Origin: an uncultured cyanobacterium
GTDB lineage: Bacteria; Cyanobacteriota; Cyanobacteriia; Pseudanabaenales; Pseudanabaenaceae
Length of the DNA stretch: 64,000 bases
Direction: 5' to 3'
Assembly (NCBI GenBank): GCA_963703315.1
Contig: OY969811.1
Coordinates: forward strand, 1,728,001 to 1,792,000
In this document: positions 8,593 to 18,427 of the stretch, in pieces
How the letters are laid out: every line of letters begins with the position of its first letter
Position numbering within the stretch: position 1 is the first letter of the stretch
The notes under the pieces: model-generated
Database searches by the model: none
The model's input: only the letters and a program-made list of their open reading frames with translations
Told to the model about the DNA's origin: nothing
Translations under genes and position numbers: made by a program

Positions 8593-10803
8593 ATGTCAAG
8601 ATCGCTACGGGCTTCTGAGGCGGGTATAAAGCAGATTAAATCGGCGATGAAGCAAGGCGGTTTCACGCAAGAGGCTTTTGCTAAGGCTTTGGGAATTTCG
8701 CGATCGGTGATTACGGTTTTGCTTAGAGGAGAGGCGATCGCTAGAGATAATTTTGAGGAGTTATGCAAATTCCTAGAACTGGATTGGCGCGATATACGGG
8801 GTGAGGATGTTGTTAGTGACGACCTTGATTTGCTAGTCAAAGAGGTGAAGCAAAAAATTGCGGCGGATGTGACCGATCGCTGTGGGACGATGCGGGTGTT
8901 GGATATGACGCAACCTGTCGATCTGGATCGGATTTATACCGATGTGAATATTCTTGAAAAGATTTCTGGCAAGGATCGCATAGATTGTGATGAGGTTTTA
9001 CCTATTGGAAATAGGGAAAATTTTGAGCGCTGGATGATGGGTAAAATTCAGCATCGTATTACTGGTTTAAAGGCATTCGAGAAACATCAAAAGCTGGTGG
9101 TGTTGGGAAAACCGGGGGCAGGGAAAACCACGTTTATGAAATATTTGGCGATGTCTTGCCTCGGTGGTCGATTTCATGGGGAGCTTGTGCCGATTTTTGT
9201 GACGCTGAAGGCTTATGCGGAGGAGAGGGGACAGCCATCGCTAGAGAATTATATTTTGACGGAATTTGCCAAGCGAAAGGTGTCGCAGGATGTAGCAAAA
9301 CAGTTGCTAGATAACGGTAAAGCGTTGATCCTGTTGGATGGATTGGATGAGGTGAAGAAGGAAGATGATCGCCGTGTTAAACAGGACATCGATCAATTTT
9401 CGAGGGATTGGCTAAAAAATCGGTTTGCGATCACCTGTCGGATTGCGGCGCGAGAATATCAGTTTGAGAAATTTACGGAAGTAGAGGTTGCTGATTTTGA
9501 TGATGGACAGATTAAAACCTTTGTGAATAATTGGTTTTGGGAAAGGGATGAGTCAAAGGCGGAACGATTGTTAGAGAGATTGAAGGGTAATGAACCTGTC
9601 AAGGAATTGGCGAAAAGTCCTTTGTTACTGACGCTGTTATGTTTGGTGTTTGGAGAGAGTAACGACTTCCCGCAGAAGCGATCGGAGCTTTATAAGGAAG
9701 GTTTGGAAGTATTGATAAAAAAGTGGGATGCGAAGCGCAATATTGAACGGGAGATAATTTATAAGCATCTGTCACCACAAAACAAGGAGGATATGCTGGG
9801 ACAGATTGCCTTTAATACCTTTGTGAATGGTGAATATTTCTTTCGGCAAGAGGATTTGCAACGCCAGATTAAGGACTATATCTGTAATCTCCCTGAAGCA
9901 TCCGCCGATCCTGAGGCGTTGCGGCTGGATAGTGAGGTGGTGCTAAAGGCGATCGAGCATCATCATGGGTTGTTAGTGGAAAGGGCAAGGAATATTTATT
10001 CTTTTTCCCATTTAACTTTTCAGGAATATTTTGCGGCGCGAGAAATTGAGAGAGAAAGACATTTTGAAAGATTGATGCAGCATATTACCGATCCTCAGTG
10101 GAAGGAGGTGTTTATATTGACTGCGGAAATGTTGAGGCGATCGGATGAATTTTTGCAATTAATGAAGGATCGCATTGATAAAATATTTAACGAACATGAG
10201 GAATTGCAGCGATTTTTACTCTGGTTAGACCAAAAAGCATATATAGCATCGAAAAAATACAAAAAAGTTGCTCTAAGAGCTTATTTTGCTTACATAGCCT
10301 TTTCTTTGAGCATACTTAAGAGTTCAGTTTTACTAACTCTTGACAGTGAGCATTCTAAAACTCTGGCTCATGCACTCATAGTTAACAAGGCTTTTGATAA
10401 ATCTGACACAATTAGTATTGCCTGTGCAGTTGATAGTAACTTCAGTCGTGATATATCCAACAACTTTACTCTCGATCTGAATTGCAAAATAATTCAAGAA
10501 TCTCTCCAAATAGTACAAATGATTGAAAATGGATTTATCAATGTAAAAATAGAAGGTCAAGAGTTCTTTCAATGGTTTGAAAGTCATGGAGAAGATTGGA
10601 GTCAAAGTTTCCATCAAATATGTGTAGATAGCTTAAATCAAAGTTTTGGTTTTGACTGGCAATTTTTCCATGAACAGTTTGAAGTATTTGCACGGTATTA
10701 CGAAGCCAATCTCCTCCTTGTCGAGTGCATGAACCGCAGCTACGTCAGCAAACAAGTCCGCGAAGAAATTGAATCAACGATGCTGTTGCCAAGTAAAAAG
10801 TAG
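8593..10803 (+). CDS. HTH-XRE + NACHT NTPase with C-terminal helical domain
   Basis: N-terminal HTH (FTQEAFAKALGISRSVI), Walker A GKPGAGKTT, Walker B LLDGLDEV, ITCR, PLLL, FSHLTFQEYFAA, C-terminal YYEANLLLVECMN. Confidence 0.92.
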   Translation: MSRSLRASEAGIKQIKSAMKQGGFTQEAFAKALGISRSVITVLLRGEAIARDNFEELCKFLELDWRDIRGEDVVSDDLDLLVKEVKQKIAADVTDRCGTMRVLDMTQPVDLDRIYTDVNILEKISGKDRIDCDEVLPIGNRENFERWMMGKIQHRITGLKAFEKHQKLVVLGKPGAGKTTFMKYLAMSCLGGRFHGELVPIFVTLKAYAEERGQPSLENYILTEFAKRKVSQDVAKQLLDNGKALILLDGLDEVKKEDDRRVKQDIDQFSRDWLKNRFAITCRIAAREYQFEKFTEVEVADFDDGQIKTFVNNWFWERDESKAERLLERLKGNEPVKELAKSPLLLTLLCLVFGESNDFPQKRSELYKEGLEVLIKKWDAKRNIEREIIYKHLSPQNKEDMLGQIAFNTFVNGEYFFRQEDLQRQIKDYICNLPEASADPEALRLDSEVVLKAIEHHHGLLVERARNIYSFSHLTFQEYFAAREIERERHFERLMQHITDPQWKEVFILTAEMLRRSDEFLQLMKDRIDKIFNEHEELQRFLLWLDQKAYIASKKYKKVALRAYFAYIAFSLSILKSSVLLTLDSEHSKTLAHALIVNKAFDKSDTISIACAVDSNFSRDISNNFTLDLNCKIIQESLQIVQMIENGFINVKIEGQEFFQWFESHGEDWSQSFHQICVDSLNQSFGFDWQFFHEQFEVFARYYEANLLLVECMNRSYVSKQVREEIESTMLLPSKK

Positions 10804-10838
10804 AAAGGCAAAAGGAAAAATTATCACCACATTTTCCC

Positions 10839-11021
10839 GTAGGGGTTAAGCATTTGCGCCACAATTTTTCAACTCATCACAGAGACATCACTCCGCAAAT
10901 GCTAAACCCTCTTCGCCTTCACCGATCGCTTGTCCCTGCGTTGCGAGATTTAGGGCATAGCATTCCCAAATTGAGAGAATCTGTAAAATCATAAATCTCT
11001 GCGGGAATGCTATGCCCCTAC
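10839..11021. repeat. Two GTAG-type REP-like inverted-repeat elements
   Basis: GTAGGGGTTAAGCATTTGCG...CGCAAATGCTAAACCCT (10839-10910) and TAGGGCATAGCATTCCC...GGGAATGCTATGCCCCTAC (10951-11021). Confidence 0.7.
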
Positions 11022-11071
11022 ATATCCACATTTATGTCACAATTTGCAAATTCATAACTTAATCTCAACCA

Positions 11072-11329
11072 TTGTTTGACCAACCTTTACCCCGCGATCC
11101 TCGAACAGGGTTACCAATTCCCGACGCTCCCTATCCACATACTCAAATTGGTTCACGCACCAGTCGGCGTACAGGAGACACATATCGCCAAGCCAGAGAA
11201 TTTGGCTATGATGGCGCAATTATTAGGGACATTGATTTTACCAATCATCGCCGCGCTGACCATACCAACCCACATCAACATCGCTATAATCAACTTACAG
11301 GAAAGCGACAGTCCGCCGAACCACTATAG
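11072..11329 (+). CDS. Orphan polymorphic-toxin C-terminal domain (Ntox24-like, putative RNase)
   Basis: PHTQIGxR...YRQAREF...RDIDFTNHRRADHTNPHQH motif set; TTG start with an in-frame stop 4 codons upstream. Confidence 0.6.
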   Translation: MFDQPLPRDPRTGLPIPDAPYPHTQIGSRTSRRTGDTYRQAREFGYDGAIIRDIDFTNHRRADHTNPHQHRYNQLTGKRQSAEPL

Positions 11330-11347
11330 CTTTTCAGGAAAATAAAA

Positions 11348-11812
11348 ATGTCTAACGTAATTGAAATCAAATATCAGGATAACCAAGGCACATCAACCAT
11401 TGAACTGATTGACCTATTAAACCTGATTGCACAGGACAAACAACAACTTGTCTGGTCAATTTTAGATCTCGAAGCGATCGGCGACATCAGCACGATTTGG
11501 GAAAGAGGCATCCTAGATTTAGAAGAGAACATCAAAGAACTACCTCAAGGATTAATCTTAAGTTGGCAGATGCTAGTTCTATTAGTCAAAAAATTTGATC
11601 AAGTAATTAATACCGTCATCGTTGGTTGTCAAGAAGTATCCAAAATCCCCTCTCTCAAACCAGACATAGATATTGATGCACCTTGTGAAATCGTTTTAGA
11701 ACTAATTGATAGTTCTGTTTGGCGCATCTATTCTAAAGACGAACGGTTATTGCAGCACCTACAGCATGAATTTACCAACGTTCGACAAGTACAAGCGATC
11801 GCTTACACTTAA
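11348..11812 (+). CDS. Putative cognate immunity protein
   Basis: Acidic 154-aa ORF 18 bp after the toxin domain; ELIDSSVWRIYSKD C-terminal motif of the kind seen in immunity proteins. Confidence 0.55.
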   Translation: MSNVIEIKYQDNQGTSTIELIDLLNLIAQDKQQLVWSILDLEAIGDISTIWERGILDLEENIKELPQGLILSWQMLVLLVKKFDQVINTVIVGCQEVSKIPSLKPDIDIDAPCEIVLELIDSSVWRIYSKDERLLQHLQHEFTNVRQVQAIAYT

Positions 11813-12564
11813 ATCACATGATTGAGATCAGTTGGTGATAAATGCTCATGGATAATTTGACCATCGCGAAACATAATAATCCGTTGCGTATTCCTTGCCA
11901 CATCAGCTTCATGCGTGACCATCACCACCGTAATTCCACTAGTATTTAACTCACCAAATAGTTCCATTACTTCACTAGTAGTATGAGAATCAAGCGCCCC
12001 TGTCGGTTCATCAGCCAATAGCATCACAGGATTATTCACGATCGCCCTTGCGATCGCCACCCTCTGCTGTTGACCACCAGACATTTGATTAGGACGATTA
12101 TTTAACCGATGCCCCATTGCTACTCGCTCTAGCGCCGCCACAGCCCGTTCCTTTTGTTCTTTAGGACGGATATTGGCATAAGCCATAGGCAACATCACAT
12201 TCTCTACAGCCGTAAGTTGTGGTAAAAGGTGATATTGCTGAAAGATAAAACCAATTTTGATATTGCGAACTTTAGCGAGATCGCGCTCCTCCATGTGAGA
12301 AACATCTTCTTCATCAAGGAAATATTGTCCTGATGTGCTGCTGTCAAGACAACCAATGATATTCATACAGGTGGATTTGCCCGAACCCGAAGCGCCCATA
12401 ATCGCACAATATTCTCCTTCCTTAATCACAAAGCTAACATTCTCTAAAGCCCTGACTAGCGTATCGTCCTGCCCATAATATTTACAAACATTTTTTAGGC
12501 GAACGATTTCACGTCTAGAGTCAGATATTTGGGAAGTCGGCGTAATCAGATCGTTGGTTAGCAT
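11809..12564 (-). CDS. ABC transporter ATP-binding protein (MacB/LolD family)
   Basis: GASGSGKST, MSGGQQQRVAIARA, LLADEPTGALDS. Confidence 0.95.
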   Translation of the reverse strand: MLTNDLITPTSQISDSRREIVRLKNVCKYYGQDDTLVRALENVSFVIKEGEYCAIMGASGSGKSTCMNIIGCLDSSTSGQYFLDEEDVSHMEERDLAKVRNIKIGFIFQQYHLLPQLTAVENVMLPMAYANIRPKEQKERAVAALERVAMGHRLNNRPNQMSGGQQQRVAIARAIVNNPVMLLADEPTGALDSHTTSEVMELFGELNTSGITVVMVTHEADVARNTQRIIMFRDGQIIHEHLSPTDLNHVI

Positions 12565-12612
12565 GGTTGATTGTTTTTAGCGATTAAGACAGATTTTCAA
12601 ATCTCACCAATA

Positions 12613-12746
12613 ACCCCTCCCTAGCCCTCCCCTTGCAAAGGGGAGGGAACGAAATTTCTAGTCTTCCCCCTTTGCAAGGGGGAATTAAAGGGGGTTTTTA
12701 AGACTTTTGTGTACAAGGTAGCTTTTTTAAGGGGATAAGGGGGATC
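12613..12746. repeat. C/G-rich dispersed repeat, second copy
   Basis: CCCTCCCCTTGCAAAGGGGAGGG and TCCCCCTTTGCAAGGGGGA units, related to 5142-5224. Confidence 0.8.
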
Positions 12747-12750
12747 AATC

Positions 12751-13977
12751 TCAAATACTTCTCAAAGCAACAATTGGATCGAGTCTGGCAGCTTGTCGGG
12801 CGGGGAAGATGCCAAAAAATAGACCGATACCACCTGAGACACCTACAGCAAGGCAAATTGCCCCAATGGATACTCCCGCTTGTAAAGGGGAAACTACAGC
12901 GATCAGGAGAATTCCACCAACACCAATGCCTGTACCGATCGCTCCACCTAGTAATGACAAAATTACCGCTTCAATCGTGAACTGGGTGAGAATATCACTA
13001 GGTGATGCGCCGATCGCTTTGCGGAGTCCGATTTCACTCGTGCGCTCGGTGACGGAAACTAGCATGATGTTCATAATGCCGATGCCGCCCACTAACAAAG
13101 ATATTCCTGCGATCGCCGCTAGCATTACCGTTAAAGCGCTGGTAATATTACCCACGATTTCTAAGGCATCCTGCTGTGTCCGCACCGTAAACGTATCATC
13201 AGCATTTACATCAGCAGTACGGTGACGTAATCGCAATAGGTTAGAGATTTGGAACTGGGCAGCGCTAACATTTTCATTACTAGTCGCAGATACGTTGATT
13301 ACAGCAATAGCAACCCCATAGGGTGATGTTTTACCCGTGAGTTGGCTAGTCATCGTCGTAATTGGCAGAAAAATTGTGTCATCTTGGTTTGTCCCCAAAA
13401 AAGCGCCTTTCTCGGACATAATCCCAATTACTTCATAGCTAGTGCCACGTATTCTCACGGTCTGTCCGATCGCTTTACCTTGAGGAAATAAATCTTTAGC
13501 GATCGCTGCGCCGATAGTGACAACTCTGGCATTGCGCTTCAGGTCTTCTGCATTAAAAAAGCGTCCTGTACTTACTTCAGCATTACGGACGATTGTATAA
13601 GTATCAGTTGTCCCAATCAATGTAGCGCGTTTGGTATTGTTACCCGCGATCGCTAGCTCTGAGCCATTAATCTGCGGTGCAACACTCCGAACTGTAGGGA
13701 CTTGGGTGGCGATCGCTTCAGCATCTGCTAGGACTAAACGATTGGGTGGCGCGATCACATTTCGTCTGGCATTATCAGTTCCCGTAATCACGAAAATTAC
13801 ATCAGTACCTAGAGACTGAAACTGTTGTGCCGCATATTTTTGAGCGCCTTGCCCCACACCCACCATCAAAATCACGGAAGCATTACCAATAATGATTCCC
13901 AGCATTGTTAATGTGCTACGCAGACGGTTAGCTGCAAGGGTTTTCCCTGCCATGCGAAAGCTTTCCCAAGTATCCAT
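12751..13977 (-). CDS. ABC transporter permease (MacB/FtsX family)
   Basis: NRLRSTLTMLGIIIG, ISLLVGGIGIMNIMLVSVTERTSEIGLRKAIGA, PARQAARLDPIVALR. Confidence 0.95.
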   Translation of the reverse strand: MDTWESFRMAGKTLAANRLRSTLTMLGIIIGNASVILMVGVGQGAQKYAAQQFQSLGTDVIFVITGTDNARRNVIAPPNRLVLADAEAIATQVPTVRSVAPQINGSELAIAGNNTKRATLIGTTDTYTIVRNAEVSTGRFFNAEDLKRNARVVTIGAAIAKDLFPQGKAIGQTVRIRGTSYEVIGIMSEKGAFLGTNQDDTIFLPITTMTSQLTGKTSPYGVAIAVINVSATSNENVSAAQFQISNLLRLRHRTADVNADDTFTVRTQQDALEIVGNITSALTVMLAAIAGISLLVGGIGIMNIMLVSVTERTSEIGLRKAIGASPSDILTQFTIEAVILSLLGGAIGTGIGVGGILLIAVVSPLQAGVSIGAICLAVGVSGGIGLFFGIFPARQAARLDPIVALRSI

Positions 13978-14194
13978 TTATTTACCTAAGTTGCTTGTAA
14001 TATCCCCGTAAGTCTTAATTTGTTGCAGCGTGCGCTGCAACAAATTAGGACTTTAATTATGCCGAGATACTTATCATATAAAAACTATCACTATATCTAG
14101 ACTTCAGCATCATCTTATGGAGCGAAATATCGTAAATATCAGTTTTTGCGTTAGCATAAACTTTAGTTGAACTTGCAAAAATTCTCGATTTTCT

Positions 14195-14437
14195 ATGCCC
14201 AAGCTATCAAAACCACCAGATCCTAACGATCCTGAATATCAAAATCTCGAACGCCGAGTAAACTTTTATTTGCACCTTGCCATCTATTCAGCTTGTAGCA
14301 CCTGTATGTGGTTTATTCAATCAATTACGGAGAAGGTATGGATATGGTCGGTCTGGGTAGCAGTAATCTGGGGCATAACTATCCTTAGTCATGGAATCTG
14401 GGTTCTTTCTAAAGAAAAGCAAACTCAAGAAGTTTAG
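14195..14437 (+). CDS. 2TM-domain small membrane protein
   Basis: PDPNDPEY..LERRVNFYLHLAIY..WF..W..W...HG pattern. Confidence 0.75.
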   Translation: MPKLSKPPDPNDPEYQNLERRVNFYLHLAIYSACSTCMWFIQSITEKVWIWSVWVAVIWGITILSHGIWVLSKEKQTQEV

Positions 14438-14505
14438 AGCAATCCTGAAGATATTGATTTTGAGTTTTAGATGCCAATTTTCCTGAAGGTATAGAGGTTT
14501 AATTT

Positions 14506-14796
14506 ATGAGTACTACCGAACGCATTGAACAACTAGCTGCCGCGATCGCCGAAGATGTGTATATCGACATTGCTAAGTGGCATTTATATTTGAATGATGC
14601 ACATTTACATCGTCCCTTAGCAGAGAAGTTTTATCCATTATTGCTGGATGGAATTACCTCAGCCGATGTTAACAAAGTATTAATGGAAACTAAGATTGCG
14701 ATCGGTGGTGGTAAGCGCGAGATTTCCCTCAGTGATTTAATTCCTAGTTCTTGTCAAAATCGGCTCCTAAGCATTTTAGAAGAATTTGAATATTAA
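14506..14796 (+). CDS. Conserved cyanobacterial protein (DUF3181-like)
   Basis: IEQLAAAIAEDVYIDIAKWHLYLNDAHLH...IGGGKREISLSDLIP. Confidence 0.8.
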   Translation: MSTTERIEQLAAAIAEDVYIDIAKWHLYLNDAHLHRPLAEKFYPLLLDGITSADVNKVLMETKIAIGGGKREISLSDLIPSSCQNRLLSILEEFEY

Positions 14797-14846
14797 ATCC
14801 TAACAAGGGGCTGAATCCCCTTGTCCCCCAAGGTTTAGGACAACCT

Positions 14847-16178
14847 ATGACAACTTCTGCAAATACTGTTTTTCAGTCGATGCGCCGCCGTTTGGCGCTA
14901 TGGTATGCGATCGTTACGGCAATATTATTAATTGTATTTGCTACAGGGTTCTATTTGTACGTGCAGTCAACGCTGATCGATCGCGTTGATGACACCATTG
15001 ACCACGTGGCAGAGGTGATCGAGCGATCGCTGATCCGTTCTAATTTGATTGATTTAGAATCGGATTTTAGTCATAACTTTTCGGCAAATGCTCAAGCGAT
15101 CGATGCTGATCATATTGATATTGATTGGTTTAGCCCCAATGGAGAAATTCTCTGGACAACTAATGGAAATTCTGAGTCTCTGCAACAACGTGAACGCGGC
15201 ATTTTGCAACCAGTCTATCGGACTGTGCATTTGTCTGAAGCCGAGCCATTACGCCAGATGACCGAACCGATTGTGATTAATGGCAAATTGCTAGGATATT
15301 TGCGAATTAGTCATCCTTGGTTTGAAGTAACTAAGCCTGTTAAGCAATTATTTCTTGATCTGGCAGTGGGGACAACGCTGATGGTCGGTGTCGTGTTGCT
15401 CTGTGGCTGGTGGTTGGCAGGAATTGCCATGGAACCTGTGCGCGAGTCCTATCAACGCTTAAAACAGTTTACTGCCGATGCTTCCCACGAACTGCGTAAC
15501 CCGATCGCAGTCATTCAAACCAATGTCCAAGTTGCCCTTGCTGACCCCAATCCTGATCCTGAATTTCAGCGATCGCAACTAGAAACCATCGAAAGAATTA
15601 CGCGGCGTTTAGGAAGATTGATTGAAGATTTATTGTTTTTAGCGCGGCATGATGGGGGCATTACTAATCAGAAGCGTGAATCTTGTAACTTATTGCAAAT
15701 ATTGCATGAGGTGGGAGAAGAACAACAGGCGATCGCGCAACAAAAACAAATTACGCTAGAAGTACCTGTACCTAACACCGCCCAAAACACCGCACAAAAC
15801 TTACTTGTGTTAGGCGATCGAGATCGCTTAGGACGCTTATTTACTAATTTGGTGAGCAATGCGATCGCCTATACACCCATAGGTGGCAAAGTCCAAATTA
15901 TCGCCCAAACTACATCTTCCAATCACATCCAAGTTCAAGTTAAAGATACTGGCATCGGCATTCCTGAAGTAGAATTACCGCAAATTTTTGAACGCTTCTA
16001 CCGCTATCAACCACAAAAAAATAGTAAGTCTAGTGCGAAATATAGCAATTTGTATACAAGTGGTTCAGGGCTGGGACTAGCGATCGCTAAGGCGATCGCC
16101 GAAAGTCATCAGGGAAAAATTCATGTTGAGAGCAAAGTCGGTCAGGGAACCATCTTTACGGTTAATTTATCGAAATAA
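14847..16178 (+). CDS. Two-component sensor histidine kinase (ManS-like)
   Basis: Two TM helices, H-box FTADASHELRNP, NLVSNAI, DTGIGI, GSGLGLAI; N-terminus RRRLALWY..TLIDRVDDT resembles cyanobacterial ManS. Confidence 0.9.
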   Translation: MTTSANTVFQSMRRRLALWYAIVTAILLIVFATGFYLYVQSTLIDRVDDTIDHVAEVIERSLIRSNLIDLESDFSHNFSANAQAIDADHIDIDWFSPNGEILWTTNGNSESLQQRERGILQPVYRTVHLSEAEPLRQMTEPIVINGKLLGYLRISHPWFEVTKPVKQLFLDLAVGTTLMVGVVLLCGWWLAGIAMEPVRESYQRLKQFTADASHELRNPIAVIQTNVQVALADPNPDPEFQRSQLETIERITRRLGRLIEDLLFLARHDGGITNQKRESCNLLQILHEVGEEQQAIAQQKQITLEVPVPNTAQNTAQNLLVLGDRDRLGRLFTNLVSNAIAYTPIGGKVQIIAQTTSSNHIQVQVKDTGIGIPEVELPQIFERFYRYQPQKNSKSSAKYSNLYTSGSGLGLAIAKAIAESHQGKIHVESKVGQGTIFTVNLSK

Positions 16179-16211
16179 AAAAGAGAGGCGGCGCTTTGCG
16201 CCGCCTCTCTT

Positions 16212-17201
16212 TTAGTGATTAACGCTTCCTGCACGGAAAACACTGCCAATTACTTCTTCGATCGCAGGTTCATTGACGGATAAATCGAGAATTTCTAACT
16301 CAGCAAGAATTTGCGAAACTGCTTTAGTCAAATTTTCGCGGGGAATTAAAAAACACACAGCCTGACTATCAATATTCAGAATTTGACCATATTTTTGTAA
16401 ATCATCGCGACTAGTAATCGGTTTAGCTAATTCCACCCGCACTTCTCGATAGGGAGCAAAATTATCATGCAAGCCTTCGAGACTGCCATCATAAATTAAT
16501 CCACCTTGATGGATCAGTAACACGCGCTTACATAAAGCCGTAATGTCTGCCATGTAATGACTGGTTAACAAAATCGTGGCTTGGTAGCGAGCATTATATT
16601 CTCGTAAAAACTCCCGTACACTTGCCTGAGCATTGACATCTAGCCCTAAAGTTGGCTCATCTAAAAATAAAACTTGAGGCTGGTGCAACAATGCCGCTAG
16701 CAATTCTGCCTTCATGCGCTCACCGAGGGAGAGTTTTCGCATTGGTTGCGATAGTTTGCCCTCAAGGGATAGCATTTCTGTTAATTCGCCGAGGCGATGC
16801 TTAAATATTTTGTCAGGAATGTCATACACCGCCGCATTCATTCGCAATGAGTCGAGGGCTGGTAAATCCCAGATTAATTGCTGTTTCTGCCCCATGACTA
16901 AAGTGATTTTTTGCAGAAACCCTGTGTCACGGCGAAAGGGGATATGTCCTGCGACTTGGACATTGCCCGATGAAGGATGAATCAATCCCGTTAACATTTT
17001 TAAAGTTGTGGTTTTACCTGCGCCATTTGGCCCTAAAAATCCGACCATTTCTCCAGAGGCGATCGCAAAGGAAATATCTTTAACGGCAGCAATTTCTCGA
17101 TATTGACGATGCCAAAAGTGTCTAAGAGTGCCAACTATCCCCGCATCCTTGACCGCAATGTGATAAATTTTGCTCAAACCTTCAACCGTAACCATTGCCA
17201 T
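16212..17201 (-). CDS. ABC-2 type ATP-binding protein
   Basis: GPNGAGKTT, LSLGERMKAE, FLDEPTLGLD, TSHYM. Confidence 0.93.
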   Translation of the reverse strand: MAMVTVEGLSKIYHIAVKDAGIVGTLRHFWHRQYREIAAVKDISFAIASGEMVGFLGPNGAGKTTTLKMLTGLIHPSSGNVQVAGHIPFRRDTGFLQKITLVMGQKQQLIWDLPALDSLRMNAAVYDIPDKIFKHRLGELTEMLSLEGKLSQPMRKLSLGERMKAELLAALLHQPQVLFLDEPTLGLDVNAQASVREFLREYNARYQATILLTSHYMADITALCKRVLLIHQGGLIYDGSLEGLHDNFAPYREVRVELAKPITSRDDLQKYGQILNIDSQAVCFLIPRENLTKAVSQILAELEILDLSVNEPAIEEVIGSVFRAGSVNH

Positions 17202-17434
17202 AGCACTCTAACCAAGATGCATTCTGATATACTGTCAACAACATCAATGTTTCTCATTGATTAGCTAGATGTACATCAACAATTCTGTAAGACGCAATCA
17301 AAAAACAGTTAATGTTGATTAGGCAATATTCATTACCTTATCTTATTTTTAGGGTTTTGGAAATTTTATGATTGCATTAGTTTAGTACTTAAAGCTAATG
17401 TCGATCGCACAACTGGAAAATCAGGAAGGCAGTT

Positions 17435-17806
17435 ATGGTAAAAGTCCTCGTAGTGGACGATAGTCCGATGGTTTTAGAGATGGTCTCGGCACATCTAAAG
17501 CAAAATGGCATAGAAGTTACAGAAGCCAATAACGGTGCGGAAGCGGTAGAAAAACTCAAAGTTTTAACTCCCGATCTTGTCGTCACCGATGTTGTCATGC
17601 CACAAATGAATGGCTATGAGTTATGTCGTTGGATCAAAAATAATGCCTCTACGAAGAATGTACCTGTAATTATGTGTACAACCAAAAGTGAGGAATTTGA
17701 TAAGTACTGGGGTATGAAGCAGGGGGCAGATGCTTATTTAACTAAGCCATATCATCCACCTGAATTAATCAAAACCATTAAGCAGTTACTTAGTCAGGTC
17801 AAATAA
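17435..17806 (+). CDS. Single-domain CheY-like response regulator (PilH/PixH type)
   Basis: VVDDS, TDVVMPQMNGYELCR, FDKYWGMKQGADAYLTKP. Confidence 0.92.
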   Translation: MVKVLVVDDSPMVLEMVSAHLKQNGIEVTEANNGAEAVEKLKVLTPDLVVTDVVMPQMNGYELCRWIKNNASTKNVPVIMCTTKSEEFDKYWGMKQGADAYLTKPYHPPELIKTIKQLLSQVK

Positions 17807-17831
17807 AAAAGGGGTGCTATGCACCCCTTTT

Positions 17832-18341
17832 TTATTTGCGTTCCTTGATGCGTATTGAAGCTTTTTGTTCAGGATCAATACCTTCAAAGGTAGGAGGCAG
17901 CCAAACGCGGACGATTAAGAGTAATGCTAAGGCAACCAAGAAAGCACAGGTTGCTAATACCTGTTTCCATTCCACTTCTAATAAGCCTTTAACAATCACT
18001 TCTCGCAATACCGAAACAATCGTTACTTCTACGGAAACCCCTATGGATACTCGTTGCTCTTGAAGATAAATAATTAGTAGGCGAAATAATTCCACTAAAA
18101 TGAGGATGAATAAAATATCGGCATTAATTTCGTGAAATCGTAAAGTTGTAATTAATGATAGGAAAATCTCCTTAAGTTGCAACACCATGACGCAGAATAG
18201 TCCAATACATAAAGAAATAGCGATCGCATCTTGGACTAGCTCTAAAGTGTGGACAATCCGATAACGTAAAGTATTTTTGTCTTGATTCGGATTGATTGGT
18301 TCATCAATAGAAGCGTCAATGAGTTTATTTAACTGCTGCAT
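17832..18341 (-). CDS. PsiE-family (phosphate-starvation-inducible) membrane protein
   Basis: ILFILILVELFRLL..YLQE..SIGVSVEVTIVSVLREVI. Confidence 0.75.
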   Translation of the reverse strand: MQQLNKLIDASIDEPINPNQDKNTLRYRIVHTLELVQDAIAISLCIGLFCVMVLQLKEIFLSLITTLRFHEINADILFILILVELFRLLIIYLQEQRVSIGVSVEVTIVSVLREVIVKGLLEVEWKQVLATCAFLVALALLLIVRVWLPPTFEGIDPEQKASIRIKERK

Positions 18342-18427
18342 ATCTAAATTTCATCCACTAAAAAACATGGACTTAAGTTAGCATAGGCTGCATTTATAGC
18401 ACAATCATAATTGTATTAGTTTTTATA

